A stretch of DNA of 64,000 bases from Callorhinchus milii (Eukaryota): NCBI RefSeq assembly GCF_018977255.1, contig NW_024704743.1, positions 40,364,001-40,428,000 on the forward strand, written 5' to 3'. The notes under the pieces were generated by a model. The model searched no databases. It was given only the letters and a program-made list of their open reading frames with translations, and was not told where the DNA came from. The position numbers and the translations under genes are program-made. Below, piece after piece: positions 1 to 12,230 of the stretch. The stretch's first letter is position 1, and each line of letters opens with the position of its first letter.

Positions 1-169
1 TTCATTGCAATAGTCAAGACGCTTTTCCATTACGTATTTAGTTCATCATGGTTGCCTTGACAATTTTGCTACTAAAATTGCGGGTTCATGTCACTGAACT
101 CACAGTTTCAGTCTGAACCATTTTCTCCATCATGTGATTCTATTTTAAGTTACAACACACGTTGGGTTA

Positions 170-415
170 ATCTAACTCAGTTGGTAGCACTCTCATTTCT
201 GATTCAAGAGCTTGTGTGTTCCAACCTTATGTCAGAACTTTAAATTTATAGCCTAACCTGTTGCTCCAATGTTGAGGAAACACAACTATGTTGAAGGTTT
301 GCTCCTCTGGATGAGATATTAAGAAAGAGGTTCTGTCTATTTGATCAGATGGATATTAAATTCCCATTCCACTTTTCAAAAATGGAAGGGAGTGTGTCTC
401 AGCTAGCAAGGTAGA
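170..415 (+). mobile_element. Old Deu-domain SINE (SacSINE1-like), degraded 5' part
   Basis: tRNA-like head CTCAGTTGGTAGCACTCTC followed by GGATGAGATATTAA and CAGATGGATATTAAA motifs that recur in other copies in the window. Confidence 0.55.
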
Positions 416-434
416 TTTCATGTTTCATCTTTCC

Positions 435-935
435 TCCATCTCCATCCCCGCCTCCGACTATACCTCACACCCAACGTTACTGAAACTGTCATTCAAACTT
501 TCACCTCCTGCTTCAATTATTCCAATGTTATCCTCGCTTGTCACCTTAGCTCCAATATTCACAAAATGCAATTAATTCAAAACTCCACTAAAAGCTAAAC
601 TCCGTACCTCCATCACCAACTCTTGCCGGCTCCACTGGTTCACAACCACAGAACAGATAGACTTTGAGATCCTCCTACTGATCTATAAATCCTTCATTAC
701 CCTGGCACCTTGCTACCTCTCTGACCTGTTTATTCCCCATTGCACTACCCTTCACCTCCTCTTCACTGGCTCTGTCCTCCTGCTTGTCTGTTGTCCCTTC
801 CGCTCCATCATTGGAGGCCATACTTTCAGTCATTATGCCCTAAAACTTTGGAACTCTCTCCCTCAATTATTCCTCTTTGCCTCCTGCTTCTCTGCTTTTA
901 GATCACGCCTGAAGAACTTCCTCTTTGACCATGCC
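435..935 (+). mobile_element. Old L2 LINE 3' fragment
   Basis: Decayed match to the younger L2 3' ends in this window (CTCCACTGG, TTCAGTCATTATGCCCCTAAACTTTGGAACTC). Confidence 0.7.
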
Positions 936-992
936 TATAGTTAAATTATTTTCCATATATATCCAAATCCTGATGTATTCTCTATTGTATAA

Positions 993-1710
993 CATAATAA
1001 TAATCCTTGCATTTAATATAGCACCGTATCATGTCTTCAAGACGTCTCAAAGCGCTTCACAGAATATACACTTAAGTGAATTGACTGTAATTTTTGTGGG
1101 CGAAACACGGAAGCCAATTGCATACAAATAGTCGTGGATCGAGCGACCAAATTATTATTATTTATTTATTTTTATTTTTTGGAAGGGGCTATTACCCCGG
1201 GAAAAGCAATCTGCCAATCGGCTAACCACCTATTTAGCTCCCTCTACTTATAGTATTGTGGAGTCCTGTAGCTCAGTGATTCGAGCACTCGCTTTGCAAG
1301 TGAGAGACCTGAGTTCAATTCCAGGCAGGGAGAAACCTTGGGCAAGTTTCCTTACTCTACACGCCTAATAATAATCCCTCCAAAAAACCAAAAACAATAA
1401 TTAAATTGGTCATTTTCAATCTACGACTGTTTGTGGGACATTGCTGTGCACAATTGGCTGCCGCGTTCGCCCACAAATATACAGTCAATTCACTTTACAG
1501 TGTGTTCTGTGAAGCGCTTTGGGACGTCCTCCCGACGTGAAAAGCGCTATATCAAATGCAAGGATTATTATTATTATTATTATTATAGCTAGGTGAACAG
1601 AGATGTGTGGAGTAAGAATACGTGCCCAACATTTCGCCCTGCTGGTTATCTAACTCAGGTCCTCTCATTTGCACAACGAGTGTTCTAACTACTAAGCTAC
1701 AGGACTCCAT
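993..1710 (-). mobile_element. tRNA-derived SINE, long (older) subfamily, split by a young SINE
   Basis: (AAT)n tail at about 993, body to about 1252, resumes at about 1587 and ends in the head GCTACAGGACTCCA. Confidence 0.8.
1258..1586 (+). mobile_element. Young tRNA-Ala-derived SINE (SINE2-1_CM-like)
   Basis: A box TAGCTCAGTG, TGC anticodon loop, B box GTTCAATTCC, Deu-like core, L2-type tail ending in (TTA)n. Confidence 0.92.
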
Positions 1711-2448
1711 GGTATATATTCTTATTTTTATCAAAGTGAAGTCCTCCCAGAAGAGCTGAGTATTTTTTCACATTTGTGCAACAACTTACATTTATATAGT
1801 GCTCTTCATATAGAATAATGTTTTGGAGGCGCTTTACCATGAGTGGTTTGGACATTGACCAAAAAAGAAGGAAGATGTGGAGGGTGAATGAGAGGTGACC
1901 TTTGGCACAGTCAAAGAGTTTTAAGGCAGAATAGAGGGAGGGTAAGATCAAGGGCTGGAGGGAGGGAGATTCAAACGTAGGGTGGGGTGGGGAGTTGGAA
2001 GCTGAGTCTGTAATGCTCGTTACATTTCGCCCACAAATATATAGTCAATTCACTTTACAGTATATTCTATGAAGAAGCTTTGAAACATCTAGAAAACATG
2101 AAAAGCACTATATCATTATTATTATTATTATTTATAAAATTAATTTTATGTTTTGCCCTATTTTCCATTGCAATATATCAAACCAAGGGCAGATATAACA
2201 TAGAATGGTAGAGGGATTTAATTTCATTTACAAAAAATAACATGCATTCTCTAAGTTATTCCCTGATAAAAGAGAGTTGCAAATTACCCTTTCATGTCGA
2301 CCTAGTATTCCAAGAAATCATATCAGACAGGTGAACAGTACCATTCATCAGATAGCTAGGAGGTATATCATGAAGACAATTATAAATTAATAAGATAGAA
2401 ATTAAGTCCAAGCTCATAAAAGTGTGTCGCTTTTACCCATTAGATGTT

Positions 2449-2488
2449 GCGTGTGTGTGTGTGTGCGTGTGTGTGTGTGTGTGTGCGT
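2449..2488. repeat. (GT)n microsatellite
   Basis: About 20 GT units with occasional GC. Confidence 0.95.
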
Positions 2489-2884
2489 ATCTATGTGTTT
2501 GTCAGATTATTTCTGTTAAACCTTTCTTGTGGCCTTCACTTGTTCTCAGCGTAATAATCAGAGACTGGTCTCTGGACTGATGATTATCATTAATTTAAAG
2601 AATCCATGTTGTGGATCTGATTCCACAGTGACATTAAATTACTGTCTGTAATATAGAGCTGTGATACTGAGTTTTTTTGGGTGATTGCTTAAAATCTTGA
2701 CAAGGGATTGCGGAGGGGGCGCACTATATGTATTCAGCGGCTGAAAGCGATTTTGTTGTACTTTTAAATTACCCCAAATTTTGGAGTTGAAATGCGATTA
2801 ATAAAATTTTATTAACAACACTAAATGTCATCACTGGCAAGATCTTGAGATAGCAGGAACTGTTCATTATCCAAAAGGCACATA

Positions 2885-3160
2885 TTACATAGAGTTACAA
2901 AGAGAGATGTGGCATGGAAAAAGGCTATTTGGACCAACTAGTCCATGCCAGTGATTTTAACTACACAGGAGCTCTCAGACCTTTTTTACTCACCCATGCC
3001 CAACTATAACCTCTCTTTCCCATGCACGCATCAAGTTCTCCCTTGAATACATTGATGCTTTTTCTTTAACTGCATCTTCCCTGAGTGAATTCCACATTCT
3101 CACACTCTCTTCAGGTAGAAGTTTCTCCTGCAATCCCTATTAGATTTATAACTAGCGATA
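2885..3160 (-). mobile_element. Old CR1 3' end fragment
   Basis: GAATTCCACATTCTCACACTCTC and GCTATTTGGACCAACTAGTCCATGCC resemble the reverse complement of the CR1 3' end at about 20950-21170. Confidence 0.55.
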
Positions 3161-3170
3161 TTACTGACAT

Positions 3171-3772
3171 TCCCGGCAGGGCGAAACCTTGGGCAAGTTT
3201 CCTTACTCCACATGCCTGATAATAATCCTTCAAAAAAGAAAATCAAGAATAAAATTGGTTACTTCAATCCACGACTGTTAGTGGGACACTGCTGTGCTCA
3301 ATTGGCTGCTGCATTTCACCCACAAATATAATAATAATAATAATAATAATCCTTGCATTTGATATAGTGCTTTTCACGTCGGGAGGACGTCCCAAAGCGC
3401 TTCACAGAACACACTGTAAAGTGAATTGACTGTATATTTGTGGGCGAACGCGGCAGCCAATTGCGCACAGCAATGTCCCACAAACAGTTGTAGATTGAAA
3501 ATGACCAATTTTATTATTGTTTTTGGTTTTGAAGGGATTATTATTAGGCGTGTGGAGTAAAGAAACTTGCTCAAGGTTTCGCCCTGCCTGGAATTGAACT
3601 CAGGTCTCACGCTTGCAAGGTAAGTGCTCTAACCATTGAGCTACAGGACTCCACAATAATATACAGTCAATTCACTTTACAGTATATTCTGTGAAACGCT
3701 TTGAGAAGTCTAGAAGTTGTGAAAAGCACTATATCAAATGCAAGGATTATTATTATTATTATTATTATTATT
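3171..3772 (+). mobile_element. 5'-truncated SINE (short body, old tail), split by a young inverted SINE
   Basis: Body 3171-3330 resumes at about 3657 (AATATACAGTCAATTC); tail has the TAGAA loop. Confidence 0.8.
3328..3654 (-). mobile_element. Young tRNA-Ala-derived SINE
   Basis: Near-identical reverse complement of 1258-1586. Confidence 0.92.
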
Positions 3773-4269
3773 TCAGATTATATAGCTCCACATGACAACA
3801 GGATAGTTTGGGAGGAGTGGAGATGAATCTGGTAAAATACAATAGGAAGCATCTATTTTTCAAATTGCAAAGTCTGACAATTCCCTTAGATATTATTGTT
3901 TGTTAATGAGATCTTGTACGGATGTGGGTGGTAAATGGTTCTGCAACAATTATCTAGTTTCCAGTTAAATGGATTGAACTATTGCCTGGATTCCATGATT
4001 CATGGTTATATCTTTTTCATCCGCCCAAAAATGGTAATCAGTCGAATTAAATTGAATTGTTTGCCCATAGATATCAAGCCTGACCTGTGCACCCAATTCT
4101 CCACCATCGGAATGTATTTTTATACGAGAAATGAGAAATAAATAATTGCGAGACCTAAGGTGACAATTTGTTTAACCTGAGGGATTGAAATATCTCTAAC
4201 CAAGGAGAAAGAGGGATAACCTTGTGGCACACTGTCTATGTGGGTCACATTTCCTGTCTATGTTAGTTC

Positions 4270-5525
4270 CATGGAGTTCCAGAGGGTGGGGGCAGAGTGG
4301 CGAGGCGGGGGACGTGAAGCAGCCCGGAGCCTGCTGAGCAGAGGGAGCAGGCAGGTTGGTAGAGGGTTAGGAAGTTGTAGAGGTAGGGGGGAGCAAGGCC
4401 ATTGAGGGCTTTGAAGATGAGAACCAGGATCTTGAACTATATCCTCTGTGTGATGGGAAGCCAGTGGAGTCGGACGAGGATGGGGGTGATAGGATCGTGG
4501 AGCCTGGAGCGGGAGAGGACACGGGCTGCAGAGTTCTGGATGATTTGCAACCTATTGCAGGAGGAGTTGAGGAGGCCAACAAGCAAGGAGTTTGCGTAGT
4601 CAAGCCTCGATGTTATGAATGTGTGTATGAGGGTCTTGGTGGCCTGCAGTGAGAGACCAGTGGTGGAGCCAGGTGATGTTGCAGAAGTGGGGGAAGGCAG
4701 AGTGGGTCATGGAACGGATGTGGGGTAGAAAGAATAGTTGAGGGTCAAACAAGACGCCATGGTTACGGACTGGCTTAGTAAGGTGGAGTGTGCATGGGTG
4801 GATGGTGATGATGTCACTGCCTGAGGTGTGGAGGCACTGACGGGAGCAAATCAGGAGAACCTCGGTCTTGTTGACATTCAATTGTAGAAAGTTAGCTCTC
4901 GTCCAGGACTTGGTATCTGACAGTCATTCTGTCAGGACAGCAGTGGACCTGGAGTCGAGGGTGGAGGCAGAGAGGTACAGTTGGGTGTCATTCACACACA
5001 TGTGGAAGTTGACCCTATATCTGCGGATGATGATTTTGAAAAGGAGGGAACCAAGAACCAAGCCCTGAGGAATTCCACATGAGACAGTGCAGAGACTAGA
5101 AGAGAAGCCGTTTGTGGAGATGAAGTGGAGGTGATGTGAGAGGTAGGATCTGAACCATTCAAGGACAGAACCAAGAAGGTTGAAGTGAGAGGAGAGGTGG
5201 TGGAGCATAGGGTGGTCAATGGTATCGAAGGCAGCAGAGAAATCAAGGAGGATGCGGAGGCAGAGGGAACCCTGGTTGCAGTTGGACAAAATGTTATTTG
5301 CCACTTTGACAAAAGCTGTTATGTGTTGTTGGCAGCCCGGAAACCTGATTGGAGGGGTTCGTGAAGGCAGTGGCAGGGGAGGAAACAGCGAAGCTAAGAA
5401 ATAATGACTTGTTCCAGGACATTGGAAAGGAAACAGAGGTTGGAACTGGGGTGGTAGTTTGAGAGCAGAGATGTGTCCAGTGAGGGATTTTTAAGGATAG
5501 GAGTGCCGACGGACTTTATTAAAGG
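4270..5525 (-). mobile_element. L2 LINE fragment (disrupted RT)
   Basis: Motifs LLDFSAAFDTIDH, GIPQGLVLG, NDTQLYL, VRNHGVLFD spread over several frames. Confidence 0.9.
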
Positions 5526-6544
5526 GTGAAATACAAGAGGCTGCATCTGTGGGTGCTGGAATTAAAATTCACTAATTGCAGCCCTCTTCCACCAGTAAGT
5601 AGGATACCACCATTTATAGTTACCAAATAACTCCAAAATGTTGTATTCTGATGAGTTACAGTCAAAGACTACAAGCCCCAAACAATGTTGGAGAGGGGGA
5701 GTCCACCTCTGGCTCATTCATTGGAATAAATATTACTATCTAACTCATTGATCTCAAAAATGATTGCAAAAGTTAGATTCAGTAAAGGAGAAAATACTGT
5801 ACCTAGTGGGGTGTTCTGATGTTGGCTGAGTTGGAAGTGGTGGCTATAAACAGAGGACAAGTGTTCAGGCATTGTGAGCAGCTAGGTCATACACAGACTC
5901 TCTCCACTTGATACGGAGTGGAATGGCCGAGAGCTGGAGGCAGGTCAGCCCTCGACTTTCTGCATTTCACAAGGCACCTTCAAATAACAGACTTATAAGG
6001 CGGACAGTGTCTTCCCATTGTTAGTTTACGATCCATGGAATGTCACAAATAAACTATCTTTTTATATCAACCATAATTAAGGGCCGCTAATCAGATCAAT
6101 CAATTTTGACCTTCCCTTCTTCTTTTGCTCCATTATAAGTTGATCATATAGCTTGACCTCATACTTTCTTGTGGAAATTAGGTTCAGCTGCAACAAGAAT
6201 CTGTGGTATCTGCTGAAAAGTGCTGTCCTTTTGGTCCCTTTTCAGCTTATCAATTGCAGAAGCTTATTTTGGCAGCTCCACTGAAGATAGTGGTGAGGAG
6301 GGGTCAGCAGCCAAGCTTTGGGTGACAATAGATTTAGAATAGTGATTTGGGAATGTAATAAATTACTATAATTGTGAATTATGATAAATGACTAAGACAA
6401 GGAGGTCAAAAAAGCAATGTTTTGCAATAGGATTCACTAATAGCAACTCAAAGTCATTAAGGGAGAATCCTGACCGTTACTGGCAGCATGTCACAGCTAA
6501 GATCCAGATTCCCTCCTCCGAAGCACCACACGTGACATATGGAA

Positions 6545-6910
6545 ATGTCAGGACTTTGAGCTCATAGTCTAAGGTGACACTCCAGTGCAGTGCTGGGGGA
6601 ATGTATTGTTGGAGGTGTTGTCCTTTGGATGAGGTGTTAAACTAAGGTCCTGCCTGCTTGTTCAGGCATATTTGAAAATCCCTTAACATTATTCGAATAG
6701 AGAAGTAAATTTCTCCCAGTCTCCTGGCCAGCAAATCCTCCAGATAAAATTGATTATTCGCTTGATGGCTGTTTGTGGATACTGATGTGCACAAATTGGC
6801 TCCTGTGTTCACTTGCAAAACCACACAGTTAATGCACTCTACCATAATTCTGTGAAGTGCCTTGAGATGTTTTGATGGTGTGATCAGGCACCATATCAAA
6901 TTTAAGGATT
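6545..6910 (+). mobile_element. Old Deu-domain SINE (SacSINE1-like)
   Basis: GACACTCCAGTGCAGT, TTTGGATGAGGTGTTAAAC and GTGCACAAATTGGCT motifs plus L2-type tail. Confidence 0.7.
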
Positions 6911-6930
6911 GTTTTTGTCCCACTTTGCAT

Positions 6931-7294
6931 AAATAATAATAATCCTTGCATTTGATATAACGCTTTTCACGTCTTCTAGACGTCTCAAAGTGCTTCACGG
7001 AATATATTGCAAAGTGAATTGACTGTATATTTGTGGGTGAAATGCAGCAGCGCAGCGCATAGCAGTGTCCCACAAACAGTCGTGGATTGAGTGAACAAAT
7101 TTTTTTTGTGTGGGATTATTATCCCCATGAAAAGCGATTCGCCAATCGACTAACATCCAGGTTCATACTTACTGCTAGGTAAACAAAGGCATGTGGAGTA
7201 AGCAAATTTGCCCAACATTTCGCCCTGCCGTGAATCGAACCCTGGTCTCTCGCTTGCAAGGTGAGTGCTCTAACCACTGAGCTGCAGGACTCAA
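6931..7294 (-). mobile_element. tRNA-derived SINE, long subfamily
   Basis: Complete head, the roughly 63-bp internal segment, and tail with TAGAA loop. Confidence 0.88.
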
Positions 7295-7427
7295 CAATAA
7301 TAACTGTCATTAACTGTTAAATGTGTTGATGGTCAGATAACTGTCAGAAATCACTTGTCAAGGCAAAATAATAGTTGACATCCTCTCTTTGTTTTGTCAC
7401 TTTGTTGCTAAATATCTGTATGTTTGG

Positions 7428-8050
7428 CATGTTTGATGATTCACCTGTGGGTGTCATTTTACACAATTTGGCTGATGAATATGAGAAACCTGTCAGTTTT
7501 GTTTCTCAAACGATGACAAATGCTGATAGAAATAAATGTTACAATAGAAAAGGAAATCATGAGGCATAGCCTTTGGAAGAACATATATTTTGTTGTTATA
7601 TACATAGGAGAGTAGTCTTCCCATAAATGACCATAAACTCATATTAGGAATATTTATTCCTAAGAACTCTCCTTGGCTACAGCGCAGATCAAGTATTGGG
7701 TGACGACTTTGACAGTGTAACCATATGATACAAAATATTTTGCTAAACTTGCCAATACAGATACATTGCCATAGTTACAAATCAGCTAAAGGACTCTGCC
7801 TGCTCTAAATTGCAGACAAACCATTGCACTGGATAATAATATAGTAGAAGGCTATTAGAAATTGTCCTGTTTTATCCAGAGAGTTTGATTATATTCTGAC
7901 AGTTTCATCTAAAATGTCAGAGGATCATCAACTCTGCTTAATTAGGATAAATCAGTTACTTGCTGAAGGACATGCGCGTTATTGGGATTAAGAGTTGCAC
8001 TTAATTGCCACCAGGTGGTAATAGGCTGTTACACAAACTTTCCACACTTT
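7428..8050 (+). mobile_element. Decayed Gypsy LTR-retrotransposon pol (RNase H to pre-integrase)
   Basis: DDSPVGVILH...EKPVSFVSQTMTNADRN, NDHKLILGIF, QIKYWVTTL, ANTDTL, LLGLRV occur in the order of Gypsy DAS, EKPIAFASRTL, TDHKPL, QRWAL, NADAL, WGxRV. Confidence 0.75.
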
Positions 8051-8354
8051 TGTGTATAATTGTTAGTTGACTTTTGGATGTATTTTTATTAACTTCAGTA
8101 TTCTGTAGATTTACAGTACAGTATTAAGAAGAGGACCCGTGAAGCTGGCATTCATGTCTGGCACATTTGGGCACTGAAATTCCAGTGAGCGATTTGTGTA
8201 GCGAGTGACGATGTTGACCTTTAATTGGATTTTTACAATTGTTCCTTGTTAAAATTGTTAACCAGAACACGAACCAGAATTTCAACCAACTTGATCCAAC
8301 CATACACAAATTTAGCCCACTTATTTGATCTCCTGAGAAGAAGTTTTCAATCAA

Positions 8355-8635
8355 ACTTTGGATGAGATGTTAAACTGTCTGCCTCTTCAGACGGATGTTC
8401 AAAGTCCCATGGCATTATTTGAAAACAGGAGTTTCTCCCGGTATCCTGGTCAACATTTATCCAAATAAATTTAATCATTCACTTCATGGCTGTATGTGGG
8501 ACATTGCTGTGGCAATTTGACTGCCACATTTGCTTACAAATATATTGTGAATAATCTTCACAGTAAAATTCTTTGAAGTTCTTTGAAATATCTTGATGAC
8601 GTGATAAGGGGTTATCTAATGCAAGGATTATTAAT
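8355..8635 (+). mobile_element. Old Deu-domain SINE, 3' part
   Basis: GGATGAGATGTTAAAC, TGTGGGACATTGCTGTG and an L2-type tail. Confidence 0.65.
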
Positions 8636-9974
8636 TTATTATGTTCTTTGATCATCAAAGATAATGAACAAATCTACAAAATATCTATTCATCTCCCTAA
8701 TCCAGCAGCGCTGATTGTATGTATGTATTGTAATCTCCCATTGGTGCATATTCTTTGCTGACAGTGCACGTGGCTAAAGAGTTGTGTGAATGTTTGCTAG
8801 TTGATGATTTTGGAGGCTTACGATACAGTGTGTTATTCAGGGTATGTAGGTCAGTAGCATTGGACTAAAGTTTATCTGTAATAAGCAATTAGAATAGATG
8901 CTGTAAGAATGCATTTTTTAAAAAAAAGAAAAAGAAATTCAGGTGCAAATTGCTTTTAAAGATTGATTTTCACCTCCCAAAAAAGGGTATTTATCAGTAA
9001 AAATTGATAAGAAACATAGTGGTATTTAACATTCAAGTAAATTTGCCTTGTCTATTGATATATTATTGATCTGAATTGACTTTTCTGATTCTGNTTTTTT
9101 AAAAGAATTTATTCTGAATAATCCTAGAGAAAGAAATCACAACAATAACAGCAACTTACATTTATATACTGTCCTTCGCATGGGCAGTGTCTCAGAGCAC
9201 TGACAATGCAATAGAAGAAAGGATTTAACAGATGTTTTCCATTAGCTTTGAGCTCATTCTGTCTTTTTGTTCCTGAAGCCACTGCTTTCCCTTTTGCTCT
9301 TCCATCCATTGTTGTGTACCTTTCTGTTCCATGGGTTAAATTCTCTAGCTTTAGCTGTTCGTGGTTTCGATTTTGACTCTATAAACTACATGCCAACAAT
9401 GTTATAATCTTGCAAATAGGTCTTCAAGGTTCCTGCAAAGTAAGTTAGAGCCAGAGGAATCTCGTTCCCTGTGGAGTGGAGTTGATAGCCACAGATTAAT
9501 CATGCATTTTATAGCTGGGAATTTCAACACTCAGTTTGATTCAACAGAGTTGTGCCTCATGCTCAATATCCATTGGTTTGCAGCAAGGAATTTGAGAATC
9601 CTTGATATTGTTAGTGGCCAAGGAAGAGTATTTTTTCAGTCTAAACATTCTGCATTATCTACTATTTTGTTTGACTATCAAAATCCTGTGGAGCAAGTAA
9701 GATCAAATCTAATCGCCCAGGAATATTTACTTCAGGTAAGCAATCTTGTTTAACGATGTCAACAAGATTTTAAAGAGCATACAATAGTGTGCGGATATAA
9801 AATTGGACAGAGTGGGAATGCTTATCAGAAGCAAATTAACTCAGAAGATTTTAACTCAAATCACCTGACCATTTATATTAATTATCTTTCACAGACCATT
9901 TGATCCATACATACTTTCTTCTCTAGGTTAGTCTTTATTAAAAAAGTTCATATATTGGGCTGCTTTGTATCTCC

Positions 9975-10376
9975 GCCTCCCCCCATGTCTCCTTCCACCC
10001 CACCCAGACCATCCACACCTCCTTCTCCCTCCATCATGGCTCCTGCCACTCCTCCTCCTTACAATCCACCACCCGGCGCCTCCGCTTGACTGGCACCAGT
10101 CTCCTGATCATTCCTCGCACCTTCTGCCCCACCATCGGAGGTTGTGCTTTCAGCCACTATGCCCCAAAACTCTGGAACACTCTCCCTCAATCCCTCCGCC
10201 TTACCTCCTCTCTCCCCTCTTTCAAGTCCTGCCTGAAAACTGTCCTCTTCAACCAGGCTTACGGCCACCTCCCTCCTCTCCCAGCTCAGAGTCAGGCTCC
10301 ACCACTGTTAAGCGCTCTGAGGCACTACCCTGCAAAGAGGGCACTATATAAGTGCAAGTTGTTGTTGTTGTTGTTG
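9975..10376 (+). mobile_element. L2 LINE 3' end
   Basis: GGCAFSHYAPKLWNTLP and FKSCLKT motifs; (GTT)n tail. Confidence 0.88.
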
Positions 10377-10875
10377 AATACAGAACTTAAATTGAAGCCA
10401 TTTAAAACTAATTTAATGACAGCAACAACAACAAAATTACATTTATAGAGCGCATTTCACGTCGGGAGACCAGAAACAAAGTAAGTGTCTGGCTGTTCAG
10501 GTGGATGTTAAACATCCCATGGTACTATTTGAAAAGAGAAGGGAATTTCTCCCAGTATTTTGGCCAACACTATCCCTGATAAAAATGAGAATTCACTTTA
10601 TGGTTGTTTGTGGGACATTGTTGGCACATTCGCCTAAAAAATACTTCATTTTACATTGAATCTTATGAAGCCCTTTGAGACACCCTTCCAACACATGCAC
10701 CAATTTCTATGTACCAATAGGGTGCTGTGTTCAGCTACAAATACAGCCACCAAACTTTACAGTAAAAATCCTGTAAAACTCATTGAGGCGTTTCAATGAT
10801 GTGATGATGTGCAATGTCAAACACAAGGATTGTAATTTATTAGATGATCTCAACGCAGTGTTCTGCTCTATTAAT

Positions 10876-11875
10876 CAACAACAACAACAAGATTGCATCG
10901 TCGAGCCTGGAGGTGATGAAGGCAAGAACAAGAGTTTCAGCAGCCTGAGGGGTGAGGTAGTGGCGGAGTCGGGCAATGTTACGGAAGTGAGGGAAGGCAG
11001 AGCGGGTCATGGCTTGGATGTGGGGAAGAAAAGACAGTTGAGGGTCGAACAAGACACCGAGGTTCCTGACTGACTTGGTGAGTTGTAGTGTGCAACCATG
11101 GAGGTTGATGCTGCCAGAGCCTGAGGTGCTGAGATGCTGGCGCGAGCCAATCAGGAGGGCCTCAGTCTTGTTCACATTCAACTGTAGGAAGTTTGCCCTC
11201 AACCAGGACTTGGTGTCTGACAGGCAGTCTGTCAGGACGGCAGTGGTCCTGGAGTTGAGGATTGAGGCAGAAAGATAGAGTTGGGTGTCATCCGCATACA
11301 TATGGAAGTTGACCCCATGTCTGCGAATGATGTCACCAAGGGGGAGCATGTAGATATTAAAGAGGAGAGGGCCAAGGACAGAGCCAGACATGACAGTGCG
11401 GGGGCTGGAGGAGAAACCGTTCGCGGCAACAAAGTGGAGATGGTGAGGGAGATAGGAATCGAACCACGCAAGGGCAGGTCTGCGAAGATTAAGTAAAGAG
11501 GAGAGGCAGTGTTTGAGGATGGAGTGGTCAACAGTGTCGAAGGCAGCAGAGAGGTCGAGGAGGACAAGGAGGCAGAGGGAGCCCTGATCACAGATGTTCA
11601 GAATGTCATTAGTGACTTTGACCAGGGCTGTTTCCGTGCTGTGGGCAGTGCGGAAGCCGGATTGGAGGGGTTCAAAGAGGGAATGATGAGAAAGAAAGGA
11701 GCGGAGCTGGGAAGTGACGACTTGTTCCAGGACCTTGGAGACGAATGGAAGGTTAGAGATGGGGCAGTAGCTGGAGAGGAGGGATGGGTCCAGGGAAGAT
11801 TTTTTCAGGATGGGAGTGATGACAGCTGTGTTTAGGAGGGTTGGAACTGAACCAGTACTGAATATTGAATTGAAC
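10876..11875 (-). mobile_element. L2 LINE fragment with a long open RT frame (ORF 10840-11886), internally deleted near the 3' end
   Basis: [57 protein letters not shown]; no endonuclease domain. Confidence 0.93.
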
Positions 11876-11890
11876 TGAATCACCATATCA

Positions 11891-12230
11891 ATAACAACAA
11901 CAACATTATATTTGTGTAGTGCCTTTCACATTGGGAAGATGGCGAAGGGACTGGACAGTCAGTGTTTTGGGCCCGAGCTGGAGGTTGAGATAGGGGAGGG
12001 TGGAGGGCAGGGGGTTAGGAGGATCAAAAGCACGGTCGAAGAGAAGGGTCTTGAGATGTGTCTTGAAGGAGGTAATGGAGGGCTGAGGTGGAGGGTCTGC
12101 GGGATGGAGTTCCAGACGGTTGGGGCAGAGTGGCAAAAGGCCCACCTGCCAATGGTGAGGCGGGCGAGGCAGGGGACGTGAAGTAGGCCAGAGCCCGCTG
12201 AGCTGAAGAAGTGGGCAGGATGTTACGGGT
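11891..12230 (-). mobile_element. L2 LINE 3' end
   Basis: FKTHLKTLLF motif, 3' UTR and (CAA)n tail. Confidence 0.85.

Noticed and set aside
1258..1335. tRNA-Ala(TGC) genes at the heads of the young repeats
   Set aside because: The acceptor stem does not pair properly, and every copy continues into the same SINE body and tail.
10840..11886. 348-aa ORF as a functional gene or active LINE
   Set aside because: It is a truncated L2 RT with no endonuclease, lacks the GVPQ residues before GSVLGP, and has lost its 3' region.
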